Shown piece by piece: positions 38,961-48,591 of a stretch of 64,000 bases of DNA. The first letter of the stretch is position 1. Each line of letters begins with the position of its first letter. Made by a program: the position numbers and the translations under genes. The notes beneath the pieces are model-generated. The model saw nothing but the letters and a program-made list of their open reading frames with translations. It did no database searches and was not told the origin of the DNA. Source of the DNA: Rhodoblastus sp. GTDB lineage: Bacteria > Pseudomonadota > Alphaproteobacteria > Rhizobiales > Beijerinckiaceae. The stretch lies in assembly GCA_046349085.1 (NCBI GenBank), contig JAXMDA010000007.1, positions 163,131 through 227,130 on the forward strand. Direction: 5' to 3'.

Positions 38961-41327
38961 ATGACCGATCAGGGCATCGGCGCCCCCGTGCGCCGCAAGG
39001 AAGATTTCCGTTTCATCACCGGCCAGGGCCGCTACGTCGACGACATCAATCGTCCGGGCCAGGCCCACGCCTATTTCCTGCGCTCGCCGCACGCGCACGC
39101 CAGGATCAAGTCGATTGATCTGTCCGCCGCCAATGCCGCGCCGGGCGTCGTCGCGATCTTCACGGGCGACGACATCGCGGCCGACAAGGTCGGCGGCCTG
39201 ATCTGCGGCTGGGCGATCTTCAACAAGGACGGCTCGCCGATGCGCGCCGGCCCGCACCCGGCGCTGGCGCAGGGCAAGGTGCGCTACGTCGGCGATCACG
39301 TGGCCGTCATCATCGCCGACACGCTCGCCCAGGCGCGCGACGCGGCCGAACTCGTCAATGTCGACTACGAAGTCCTGCCCGCCGTCGCCGACATGGCCGC
39401 CGCCCGCAAGGACGGCGCGATCGCGGTGCACGACGAGGCGCCGAACAACCAGTTCTACGACTGGGAGCTCGGCGACAAGGCTGGAACCGACGCCGCCTTC
39501 GCCAAGGCGAAGCACGTCACCAGGCTCGACATCGTCAACAATCGCCTGATCCCGAACGCGATGGAGCCGCGCGCGGCGGTCGGCGAATACGACATGGGCT
39601 CGGATTCGCTCACCCTCTACACGACGAGCCAGAACCCGCACGTCGCCCGTCTCGTCCTCTCGGCCTTCATCGGCCTTGCGCCCGAGCACAAGTTCCGCGT
39701 CATCGCGCCCGACGTCGGCGGCGGCTTCGGTTCGAAGATCTTCATCTACGCCGAGGAAACCGTTTGCGTCTGGGCGGCGCGCAAGGTCAATCGTCCCGTG
39801 AAGTGGACGGCCGATCGCACCGAATCCTTCCTCTCGGACGCGCACGGCCGCGACCACGTCACGCACGCCGAAATGGCGATGGACGAGAACGGCAAGATCA
39901 CCGCGCTGCGCGTCTCGACCAAGGCGAACATGGGCGCGTATCTCTCGACCTTCGCGTCCTCCGTGCCGACCTATCTCTATGCGCCGCTGCTGTCGGGCCA
40001 GTACAACATCCCGGCGATCTATGCGGAGGTGGAGGCGGTCTACACCAATACCGCGCCGGTCGACGCCTATCGCGGCGCCGGCCGTCCGGAAGCGACGTTC
40101 GTGGTGGAGCGGCTGGTCGAAGTCGCCGCGCGTGAACTCGGCAAGGACCCGGCCGAATTCCGCCGCATGAACTTCGTGACGCAGTTCCCGCATCAGACGC
40201 CGGTCATCATGGCCTACGACGTCGGCGACTATGACGCCTCGCTGACCAAGGCGCAGCAGATGCACGACACGGCGGGCTTCGCCGCGCGCAAGGCGGCGAG
40301 CGCGTCGAAGGGCAAGCTGCGCGGTCTCGGCTACTCCGCCTATATCGAGGCCTGCGGCATCGCGCCGTCGGCGGCGGTCGGTTCGCTGGGCGCCGGCGTC
40401 GGCCTCTGGGAATCGGCCGAGGTGCGCGTCAATCCGATCGGCACGGTCGAGATCCTGACGGGCTCGCACTCGCACGGCCAGGGCCACGAGACGACGTTCG
40501 CGCAGCTCGTCTCGTCGCGGCTCGGCATTCCGATCGACAATGTCTCGATCGTGCATGGCGACACCGACAAGGTGCAGATGGGCATGGGCACCTACGGCTC
40601 GCGCTCCGGCGCGGTCGGCATGGCGGCCATTTCCAAGGCGCTCGACAAGATCGAGGCCAAGGCGAAGAAGGTCGCCGCCCATGTGCTCGAGGCGTCGGAG
40701 GGCGACATCGAGTTCAAGGACGGCAAGTTCACCGTCAAGGGCACCGACAAGGCGGCCGACTTCGGCTCGATCGCGCTGCAGGCTTACATCGCCCACAAGT
40801 TCAACGGGCAGGAGCTGGAGCCGGGCCTGAAGGAAAGCGCCTTCTGGGATCCGACCAACTTCACCTTCCCGGCGGGCGTGCACATCTGCGAGCTCGAGAT
40901 CGATCCGGCGACCGGCGTCGTCGTCATCGACCGCTGGACGGCGGTCGACGACTTCGGCAACGTCATCAATCCGCTGATCGTCGAAGGCCAGGTGCACGGC
41001 GGCATTGCGCAGGGCGTCGGCCAGGCGCTGCTCGAAGGCGCCGTCTACGATGCAGAAGGCCAGCTCATCACTGCGAGCTACATGGACTACACCATGCCGC
41101 GCGCGCAGGATCTGCCGTCCTACAATGTCGGCATGACCGTCACGCCCTGCCCGTCGAACCCGCTGGGCATCAAGGGTTGTGGAGAAGCCGGCGCGATCGC
41201 CTCGCCGCCGGCCGTCATCAACGCCATCACCAACGCGCTCGGTCACGAAAACATCACGATGCCCGCGACGCCGGAAAAGGTCTGGAAAGCCGCCCAGGCC
41301 TCGGCGCACAAGCTGGCCGCGGAATAG
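38961..41327 (+). CDS. coxL: Molybdopterin-binding large subunit, form II CoxL-like (AYRGAGR motif)
   Basis: 788 aa. The active-site loop [12 protein letters not shown] is encoded at 40065-40085; form I enzymes carry AYxCSFR instead. Confidence 0.85.
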   Translation: MTDQGIGAPVRRKEDFRFITGQGRYVDDINRPGQAHAYFLRSPHAHARIKSIDLSAANAAPGVVAIFTGDDIAADKVGGLICGWAIFNKDGSPMRAGPHPALAQGKVRYVGDHVAVIIADTLAQARDAAELVNVDYEVLPAVADMAAARKDGAIAVHDEAPNNQFYDWELGDKAGTDAAFAKAKHVTRLDIVNNRLIPNAMEPRAAVGEYDMGSDSLTLYTTSQNPHVARLVLSAFIGLAPEHKFRVIAPDVGGGFGSKIFIYAEETVCVWAARKVNRPVKWTADRTESFLSDAHGRDHVTHAEMAMDENGKITALRVSTKANMGAYLSTFASSVPTYLYAPLLSGQYNIPAIYAEVEAVYTNTAPVDAYRGAGRPEATFVVERLVEVAARELGKDPAEFRRMNFVTQFPHQTPVIMAYDVGDYDASLTKAQQMHDTAGFAARKAASASKGKLRGLGYSAYIEACGIAPSAAVGSLGAGVGLWESAEVRVNPIGTVEILTGSHSHGQGHETTFAQLVSSRLGIPIDNVSIVHGDTDKVQMGMGTYGSRSGAVGMAAISKALDKIEAKAKKVAAHVLEASEGDIEFKDGKFTVKGTDKAADFGSIALQAYIAHKFNGQELEPGLKESAFWDPTNFTFPAGVHICELEIDPATGVVVIDRWTAVDDFGNVINPLIVEGQVHGGIAQGVGQALLEGAVYDAEGQLITASYMDYTMPRAQDLPSYNVGMTVTPCPSNPLGIKGCGEAGAIASPPAVINAITNALGHENITMPATPEKVWKAAQASAHKLAAE

Positions 41328-41339
41328 GAGGAACGCCCC

Positions 41340-42125
41340 ATGTACGCTTTCACCCATCATGCCGCGACCAGCGTGGCCGACGCCGTGAAGTCGGTCGGCG
41401 AGGGCAAGTACCTCGCCGGCGGCCACACGCTCATCCCGACGATGAAGCAGCGCCTCGCCATGCCCGGCCATCTCGTCGACCTCAACAAGGTCGGCGAGCT
41501 CAAGGGCATTTCCGACAACGGCTCCGTGCTGACGATCAAGGCGATGAGCCGTCATGCGGAAGTCGCTTCCTCCGACGTCGTGGGGAAGGCCATTGCCGGC
41601 CTTGCGGCGCTCGCTGGCGGCATCGGCGATCCGCAGGTGCGCCATCGCGGCACGATCGGCGGTTCGGTCGCCAATAACGATCCGGTCGCGGACTATCCGG
41701 CCGGTTGCCTCGCGCTCGGGGCGACCATCGTTACCGACCGCCGCCGCATATCCGCGGACGATTTTTTCCAGGGCCTGTTCACGACGGCTCTGGAAGACGG
41801 CGAACTGATCACGGCGGTGGAATTCCCGCACGCCGATAAGTTCGCCTACGCCAAGTTCCGCAACCCGGCCTCGCTTTACGCGCTGGTCGGCGTCGCCGTC
41901 GCAAAACGCGGCGGCGACGTGCGCGTCGCCGTCACCGGCGCGGGCTCGGACGGCGTGTTCCGCTGGAGCGAGGCCGAAGCTGCGCTGAAGAGCAACTTTT
42001 CGGCGGGCGCCCTCGATGGCCTCAAGGTCGCGGCGAGCGGCCTCAACGGCGACATCCACGGCTCCGCCGAATATCGCGCCCATCTCATCGGCGTGATGGC
42101 CAGGCGCGCCGTGGCCGCGGCCTGA
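41340..42125 (+). CDS. coxM: FAD-binding medium subunit (CoxM-like)
   Basis: LAGGHTLIPTMK and GTIGGSVANNDP motifs. Confidence 0.85.
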   Translation: MYAFTHHAATSVADAVKSVGEGKYLAGGHTLIPTMKQRLAMPGHLVDLNKVGELKGISDNGSVLTIKAMSRHAEVASSDVVGKAIAGLAALAGGIGDPQVRHRGTIGGSVANNDPVADYPAGCLALGATIVTDRRRISADDFFQGLFTTALEDGELITAVEFPHADKFAYAKFRNPASLYALVGVAVAKRGGDVRVAVTGAGSDGVFRWSEAEAALKSNFSAGALDGLKVAASGLNGDIHGSAEYRAHLIGVMARRAVAAA

Positions 42126-42255
42126 CGCGTCGCACATGAAAGGCTCCGGCGCCGATGGCGCCGGGGTTCGTCCGTAAGACGCGCAGATCGGGGGCACCGC
42201 GCGCATGCGCGCTACATCTGACGTTCCCCCGTTCAGCCCGACGCGGAGCGACCTG

Positions 42256-42924
42256 ATGGACCGTTTCCTGGTCGTCGACGATCACCCGCTGTTTCGCGAA
42301 GCGCTCGAAAGCGCCGTGCGCACCGCTTACCCGAAGGCGGAAGTGGTGGAGGCCGCCTCGATCGAGGAGGCGATGGCGCATATCGAGCGCAGGCCGGGTT
42401 TCGATCTGGCGCTGATCGATCTGTCGATGCCGTCCGTGCGCGGTTTCGAGGGCGTGCTGCGCGTGCGCGCCCGCTATCCCGGCCTGCCGGTGATCGTCGT
42501 GTCCGGCATGGAGGACGCGCGCATCGTCGCCGAAGCGATGAATTGCGGCGTCAGCGGCTTCGTGCCGAAATCGGCGAAGAAAGGCGAGCTGACCGACGCC
42601 ATCCGCCGCGTGATGAACGGCGAGGTCTTCGTGCCGGCCACCTATTCGCCGCCCGCGCCGGCGTCGGAAAAATCCGGCAAGCCGAAGAAGCAGGATTTCG
42701 CCGAGCGGCTCGCCACGCTCACGCCGCAGCAATTGCGCGTGCTCGGCATGTTGCGGCAGGGCCTGCTCAACAAGCAGATCGCCTACGAGCTCGACGTCGG
42801 CGAGACCACGGTCAAGGCGCATGTCTCGGAAATCCTGCGCAAGCTCAATGTCGCCTCGCGCACGCAGGCCGTGATCGAGACGACCGGCCTCGACTTCGAG
42901 TCGATTCTCGGCCCGAAGCGTTGA
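42256..42924 (+). CDS. Response regulator, NarL/FixJ (LuxR-type HTH) family
   Basis: ATG at 42256 (MDRFLVVDDHPLFRE...). Phospho-acceptor context LALIDLSMP. C-terminal LTPQQLRVLGML...NKQIAYELDVGETTVKAHV. Confidence 0.85.
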   Translation: MDRFLVVDDHPLFREALESAVRTAYPKAEVVEAASIEEAMAHIERRPGFDLALIDLSMPSVRGFEGVLRVRARYPGLPVIVVSGMEDARIVAEAMNCGVSGFVPKSAKKGELTDAIRRVMNGEVFVPATYSPPAPASEKSGKPKKQDFAERLATLTPQQLRVLGMLRQGLLNKQIAYELDVGETTVKAHVSEILRKLNVASRTQAVIETTGLDFESILGPKR

Positions 42925-42948
42925 CCGGCGCCCGGACCTTGGGCGCTT

Positions 42949-44337
42949 TCAGAGAAGATGCGTCAGCACGGCGCGCAATTGCGCGGGCTTGACCGGCTTG
43001 CGCATCAGTTCGCAGCCGGCGGCGCGGGTCAACTCGATGGCTTCCATGCCCTGATCGGCGGTTACGATCACACTCGGAATCTCCCGCTGCGCGATCCGCC
43101 GCACGAGCGTGATGGCCTGCAGACCGCTTTCGCCCCGGTCGAGATGATAATCGGCGACGATGGCGTCCGGAACGTCGCCATCGGCAAGCAGCTCGTGGAC
43201 AGTCGACAGGTCGGGCGCCGAGAAGACGGTCGCGCCCCACTGCGCCAGCAGCCAGCGCGTGGCCTCCATCACGTCGGGATCGTTCTCCACCAGGAGGATG
43301 CGCCTTCCGCTGAGATCGTTGGCGCGCGCCCAGTTCTCGACCAGAATGAAATCGGCGGATTGTGGCGCGTCGGGTTCGGCGCGCGCCGCGACGACGGTAA
43401 ATCGCGACCCGCGCGCAGGGTTGGAACGAACTTCGACGCGATGATCGAGCGCCTGCGACATGCGTCGCACGATGGAGAGACCGAGCCCCAGCCCTTCGCC
43501 GGCCTGCGCTGCGTCGCCGGCATGGGCGCGGTGGAACTCCTCGAAGATGCGCTCGATTTCCGAAGGCTCCACGCCGACGCCGGTGTCCGTCACCTCGATG
43601 CGCACATGGTCGCCGCGCATCCGCGCGCCGATGAACACGCCGCCCTCGTTGGTGTAGCGCGTCGCGTTGGAAACGAGGTTCTGCAGGATGCGCCGCAGCA
43701 GAATGGGATCGCTGACCACCGCCGCATCGGTCGGCCGAAACCGCAATTTCAGATTCTTGCGCTCGACGATCGGCCGGAAATCCGAATCGAGCGACTGGAA
43801 CATGTCCGAGAGCCGCACCGACTGGAATTCGGGCGTTACGACGCCGGCGTCGAGCTTGGAAATATCGAGGATGGAGCGCAGATAGGCTTCGATGGTGACG
43901 AGAGCGCGGTCGACCTGCCGGCACAGCTTGGCGGCGCCCGCATCGGCCTGCATGTCGACCAGCGTCGACATGGAGAGCTGGGCCGCATAGAGCGGTTGCA
44001 GCAGGTCGTGGCCCGCCGCCGCGAGAAAGCGCGTCTTCGATGAATTGGCTTTTTCCGCCGCTTCCTTGGCGGAGACCAGCGCGCCGTTGGAGCGCTCGAG
44101 TTCGAGCAGCGCGCGCTTGAGTTCCGCCGTCCGTTCGCGCACCTGCGCCTCGAGGCCGATGGCCGTCTGGAACAGCGAATAGGCGCTGGCCTGCTGATCG
44201 ATGCGGTTTTCGAGCCGCTCGACGAGCGCGGCGTTGATCTTGGTCAGCCGCTGCACGATTTCGCCGGGGGCGGCGCGCACCGTGCGCCCCATGATCTCGG
44301 CTGCGATCTTGCCGTCGTTGTCTGCGTCCTTCAGCAT
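42949..44337 (-). CDS. Cytoplasmic hybrid sensor histidine kinase (coiled-coil, HisKA, HATPase, receiver)
   Basis: Internal ATG at 44337. H-box FLAAAGHDLLQPL, N/G boxes (NLVSNATRYT, DTGVGV, GLGLGLSIV), receiver ILLVENDP...IVADYHLD. No TM segment. Confidence 0.85.
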   Translation of the reverse strand: MLKDADNDGKIAAEIMGRTVRAAPGEIVQRLTKINAALVERLENRIDQQASAYSLFQTAIGLEAQVRERTAELKRALLELERSNGALVSAKEAAEKANSSKTRFLAAAGHDLLQPLYAAQLSMSTLVDMQADAGAAKLCRQVDRALVTIEAYLRSILDISKLDAGVVTPEFQSVRLSDMFQSLDSDFRPIVERKNLKLRFRPTDAAVVSDPILLRRILQNLVSNATRYTNEGGVFIGARMRGDHVRIEVTDTGVGVEPSEIERIFEEFHRAHAGDAAQAGEGLGLGLSIVRRMSQALDHRVEVRSNPARGSRFTVVAARAEPDAPQSADFILVENWARANDLSGRRILLVENDPDVMEATRWLLAQWGATVFSAPDLSTVHELLADGDVPDAIVADYHLDRGESGLQAITLVRRIAQREIPSVIVTADQGMEAIELTRAAGCELMRKPVKPAQLRAVLTHLL

Positions 44338-45497
44338 GTGCGTCCGCCGATGGCGAGCCCGGTGAAGGTCTGGTTGAGATGCATGGCGCCGTATTGTTCG
44401 CCGAACGTGTTGAAGCCGACGACGCCATAATCGCGATAGACGTCTGACAGCTCGCGTTTCATCTGCCGGTTCTCGGCGTCGATGCGACGCAGCGCGCAAT
44501 CGAAGCCCAGCACGAAATCGGCGCCGCCGAGGCCGCCCGCCACCGTCTCGAACGCGTCGCGGGCGCTGTCGACGAGATGGAGCGAGCGCGACATCGTCAG
44601 CACCACGCCCGTCTCGACCGCGCAGAAGAACGTGAGCGAGCCGTCGTCGTTCGCATGGCCGATCGAGCGGCAATAATATTCGCCGCCGACCTTCACGACG
44701 ACGGGGTGCGAGGCGAAGCTCATCGAATCCAGCGCGGCCGCGTCGACGCCGATGCAATCGGCGTATTCGCGCGCCGCCGGCGCGGCGTTGAGCTCGAGCA
44801 CCCGCCGCTGCTCCTGATCGCAGGCGGTCACGACGAGGCGCATGTCCGTCGGTTCGAAATTGTCGTGCCGGAAAGCGCTGAACTGAAACTTGGTGCGCAC
44901 GAGCGCGAGGACGCCGGCGTCGGTCAGCACGCGCCCGTCCGAGACGCACCAGGTGCGCTCGAAAGTCAGATCGTCGCCGGTCGAGCCGCCGAGCACGGCG
45001 ACGCCGTCGAGCGCGCGATGGATGGCGGATATGAACACTTCCTCGCGGCGGGAAAGTCCGTCGATGAAGGTCAGCGCAAAGGCGCCGCTCTGCTCGAAGC
45101 CTTCGGGCGGATGGGCGTCGTGGTCGCGTCGGAAGCGCTCGACGCGCTGCGCGATCTCGGCGAATTCGACGCTCGACAGATGCTCGATCGCCAGCGTCGC
45201 CACGTTGAATCCTTCCGACGGAAGCGCGATGCAGACGATCGAGCCCTCCGCGTAGCCTTCCGGACCGATCTCGCCGGCGGTGGAGCAGGCGATGTGCGGC
45301 GTATCCGGGAAGTTGCGGACCAGCGCATCCGCGATGGCGTGCGGATTGGCGCTGGCGGCGGCGAAGACGAGCAGCAGCCCCGGCGTCATGCCGCGGCATT
45401 GTTCGGCATGGAAGGCCAGCGCCTTCTCGCCGTCGACGTCGGGCCAGACGCTGCAGCGCGCGCCGCAGGCGTATGTCCGCGCAATCGGTCGCGCCAA
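44331..45497 (-). CDS. FIST-N/FIST-C domain sensory protein
   Basis: TTG at 45497 preceded by GAGGAGG (5-nt spacer). LLLVFAAAS, LGGSTGDD and GFNTFGEQ are typical FIST features. 7-nt overlap with the kinase start. Confidence 0.72.
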   Translation of the reverse strand: MARPIARTYACGARCSVWPDVDGEKALAFHAEQCRGMTPGLLLVFAAASANPHAIADALVRNFPDTPHIACSTAGEIGPEGYAEGSIVCIALPSEGFNVATLAIEHLSSVEFAEIAQRVERFRRDHDAHPPEGFEQSGAFALTFIDGLSRREEVFISAIHRALDGVAVLGGSTGDDLTFERTWCVSDGRVLTDAGVLALVRTKFQFSAFRHDNFEPTDMRLVVTACDQEQRRVLELNAAPAAREYADCIGVDAAALDSMSFASHPVVVKVGGEYYCRSIGHANDDGSLTFFCAVETGVVLTMSRSLHLVDSARDAFETVAGGLGGADFVLGFDCALRRIDAENRQMKRELSDVYRDYGVVGFNTFGEQYGAMHLNQTFTGLAIGGRTC

Positions 45498-45597
45498 TCG
45501 CGCCTCCTCGTTGTTTCCTCGTTTTGTTTTCTTAGATAGTAGCCCGTCCGGCTCTTTCCGCTCAAGGCGGGATAGCCGTGCGCCAGAGAGGGCTGAA

Positions 45598-46035
45598 ATG
45601 AACGTTGCCATCGGCGAGGCGGCCAAAGCCTCGGGCGTCTCGGCCAAGATGATTCGATATTACGAGAGCATTGGCCTGATCGCGCCCCCGCGGCGCAGCG
45701 CCGCCGGATACCGCTACTACGACGAGCGGGACGTGCAGACGCTGCGCTTCATCCGCCGCGCGCGCGACCTCGGGTTCCCGGTGGACGACATCGGCCGCTT
45801 GCTGGAGCTCTGGCGCGATGGCGAGCGCTCGAGCGCCGACGTCAAAAGGCTGGCCGAACAGCATATAGCCGCGCTGGAGGAGCGGATTTCCGCCCTGCAG
45901 GCGATGCAGGCCGCCCTCGAGCGGCTCGCCTGCGCCTGCCACGGCGACGACCGGCCCGATTGTCCGATTCTCGAAGACCTTGCGGTCGCGGGCGATACGG
46001 GCGCGCCAGCGCGTCGCGCCACATTTGCCTCTTGA
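45598..46035 (+). CDS. cueR: Cu(I)-responsive MerR-family regulator (CueR/HmrR)
   Basis: MNVAIGEAAKASGVSAKMIRYYESIGL HTH. C-terminal CHGDDRPDCPILEDL metal loop. Confidence 0.85.
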   Translation: MNVAIGEAAKASGVSAKMIRYYESIGLIAPPRRSAAGYRYYDERDVQTLRFIRRARDLGFPVDDIGRLLELWRDGERSSADVKRLAEQHIAALEERISALQAMQAALERLACACHGDDRPDCPILEDLAVAGDTGAPARRATFAS

Positions 46036-46062
46036 CCTTGCCACGATGGGAAGGTTCACAAC
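46032..46062 (+). promoter_or_regulatory. MerR-type copA promoter: TTGACC - 19-bp spacer containing dyad ACCTTGCC-N5-GGAAGGT - CACAAC
   Basis: Read directly. -35 at 46032-46037, 19-nt spacer at 46038-46056, -10-like hexamer at 46057-46062. It overlaps the cueR stop and lies 45 nt upstream of copA. Confidence 0.6.
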
Positions 46063-46107
46063 GCGCCGAGCCCGCAGGAGCGGGCGGACGTTCTGAGGGA
46101 AAAGCAG

Positions 46108-48504
46108 ATGCTCGACCGACCCTCCGGCAGGCCGCAAACGGCCGAATATGTCTTTCCCGTCGACGGCATGACCTGCGCGTCGTGCTCGCTGCGCGTGGAA
46201 AAGGCGCTCTCCGCCGTGCCGGGCGTGAAGAGCGCCGCGGTCAACCTCAGCGCCATGACCGCGCGCGTCGAGGCGGCGCCAGAGGTCAAGCCGGCCGATC
46301 TCGTGGCGGCGGTCGAGGCCGCCGGCTACGAGACGCCGCGTGAGGAAATTCTACTCGATGTGACCGGCATGACCTGCGCCGCTTGCGTCGCGCGCCTGGA
46401 AAAGGCGCTCGGCTCCGCGCCCGGCGTGATCTCCGCGCGGGTCAGCCTGCCGGCCGAGACCGCGGACGTCACCGTCGCCTCGGGCCTTGCGACCCCGGCC
46501 GATCTCGTGGCGGCCATCGAGGCGGCAGGCTTCGAGGCGAGCCCGCGCGCCGCCGACGGCAAGGCGGTCGAACGTAGCGGCGAGCGGCGCGAGACCTGGA
46601 CGCTCGCCGCCGCCATGGCGCTGTCGGCGCCGTTTCTGGTCAACATGGTCTACGAGATCGCCACCGGCATGCCGCTGCTGGGGCCGTGGGCGCAACTGGT
46701 CCTCGCCACGCCCGTATTTCTGGTCGCAGGCGCGCGCTTCCATCTCGGCGCGTACAAGGCGCTGCGCGCGGGCGCGGCGAACATGGACGTGCTCGTCTCG
46801 CTGGGCTCCATCGCCGCATTCGGCCTGGCCCTCTGGCGCATGTCCACGGGTCATTCCCATCACCTGACCTTCGAGGCGGCCGCGCTCGTGATCGCCTTCG
46901 TTCTGTTCGGCAAGTGGCTCGAAGCGCGCGCGCGGCGCGCCACCGGCGGCGCGGTGGCCGCGCTCGCCGCGCTGCGTCCCCCTGTCGCGCGCATTCTCAG
47001 GGACGGCGTCGAGACGGAGGCGCCCGTTGACGCCGTGAAGGCCGGCGACATTCTCGTCGTCCGGCCGGGCGAACGCATTCCCGCCGACGGCGTGATCGTG
47101 TCCGGCCGCGGCGAGATCGACGAATCCATGCTGACCGGCGAATCCCGGCCCGTCGCGCGCGCGCCGGGCGAAGACGTCGCGGGCGGCAGCGTCAACGGGG
47201 CGGGGCGGCTCGAAATCCGGGCGACGACGGTCGGCTCGGCCTCGCGGCTGTCGCGCATCATCCGTCTCGTCGAGCGTGCGCAATCCTCCAAGGCGCCGAT
47301 CCAGCACACGGTCGACAAGGTCGCCTCCGTCTTCGTTCCGGCGGTCGTCGCGCTCGCGATTGCGACCTTCATCGGCTGGAAGCTCGCAGGCGGCGACTTC
47401 GAGACGGCGCTGGTCAACGCCATCAGCCTGCTCGTCGTTTCCTGCCCTTGCGCGCTCGGCCTGGCGACGCCGGCGGCGGTCGCCGTCGGCATGGGCGCGG
47501 GGGCGCGCTCCGGCATTCTGGTGAAAGACGCCTCGGCCCTCGATCTCGCGCGAAAAATTCAGACGATCGTCTTCGACAAGACGGGAACCCTCACGATTGG
47601 CCATCCCGTCGTCAGCAAGGTCGTTGCGCTCGACGGCGACGTCATGGCGCTGTTGCGGCTGGCGGCTTCGGCGGAGCAGGGGTCGGAGCACGCGCTCGGC
47701 CGCGCCATCGTCGCGCGCGCAAAGCAGGACGGCGTCGACCTGCTCGCGCTGGATTCCTTCGAGGCCAAGCCCGGCCGCGGCCTCGAGGCGCGTCTTGGCG
47801 ATCGCCTCGTTCATGTCGGCAATCGCGCGCTGATGCGCGACATCGCAGTCGATGTCGCCGCGCTGGCCCGGCAGGCGCAGGAAATCGAGACCCGGGGCGG
47901 CACGGCTTTCTTTATCGCCGAATCCAGGGAAGGCGCGCCACGCCTCGTCGGCCTCATCGCGACGTCCGACGAATTGCGCGCGGAATCCGCCGTTACCCTC
48001 GACCGTTTGCGCGCGCGTGGCGTTTCGCCGGTCATGCTGACCGGCGACAGCGAGGCGGTTGCGCGCGCCTTCGCCGCAAAACTCGGAAATATCGACGTGG
48101 TCGCGGGCGTTCCGCCGGAAGGCAAGGCGGCGGAGATCAGGCGGCTGCGCGAGGGCGGCCGTGTGGTCGCCATGGTCGGCGACGGCGTGAACGACGCGCC
48201 GCCGTTGGCGGAAGCCGATGTCGGCATAGCCATGGGCGCGGGCAGCGAGACGGCGCTGGAAGCAGCCAGCGTCGCATTGCCTGGCGACGATCTCGCCAAG
48301 GTCGTGGCGCTGATCGACCTGTCAGGCGCCACGGCGCGCAAGATCAGGCAGAACCTGTTTCTCGCCTTCGCCTACAATGTCGTCATGATTCCTGCGGCCG
48401 CAGCAGGAATGCTGTCGCCGGTTGCGGCCGGCGCCGCCATGGCCGCGTCGAGCGTCAGCGTCGTCACGAACGCGCTGCTGCTGCGACGCTGGAAAGCGGG
48501 TTAA
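46108..48504 (+). CDS. copA: Copper-translocating P1B-type ATPase
   Basis: Two HMA domains (GMTCASC, GMTCAAC), CPC (SCPCALGLATP), DKTGTLT, GDGVNDAP. Confidence 0.92.
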   Translation: MLDRPSGRPQTAEYVFPVDGMTCASCSLRVEKALSAVPGVKSAAVNLSAMTARVEAAPEVKPADLVAAVEAAGYETPREEILLDVTGMTCAACVARLEKALGSAPGVISARVSLPAETADVTVASGLATPADLVAAIEAAGFEASPRAADGKAVERSGERRETWTLAAAMALSAPFLVNMVYEIATGMPLLGPWAQLVLATPVFLVAGARFHLGAYKALRAGAANMDVLVSLGSIAAFGLALWRMSTGHSHHLTFEAAALVIAFVLFGKWLEARARRATGGAVAALAALRPPVARILRDGVETEAPVDAVKAGDILVVRPGERIPADGVIVSGRGEIDESMLTGESRPVARAPGEDVAGGSVNGAGRLEIRATTVGSASRLSRIIRLVERAQSSKAPIQHTVDKVASVFVPAVVALAIATFIGWKLAGGDFETALVNAISLLVVSCPCALGLATPAAVAVGMGAGARSGILVKDASALDLARKIQTIVFDKTGTLTIGHPVVSKVVALDGDVMALLRLAASAEQGSEHALGRAIVARAKQDGVDLLALDSFEAKPGRGLEARLGDRLVHVGNRALMRDIAVDVAALARQAQEIETRGGTAFFIAESREGAPRLVGLIATSDELRAESAVTLDRLRARGVSPVMLTGDSEAVARAFAAKLGNIDVVAGVPPEGKAAEIRRLREGGRVVAMVGDGVNDAPPLAEADVGIAMGAGSETALEAASVALPGDDLAKVVALIDLSGATARKIRQNLFLAFAYNVVMIPAAAAGMLSPVAAGAAMAASSVSVVTNALLLRRWKAG

Positions 48505-48591
48505 CGCTCGTTCGCCAAGCGCGCAACCGCACATTGCGGCGCCGTGCGAAGCTGCGATAGTGCGCATCCTGTCCGGCCGAAGGATTTCCGC

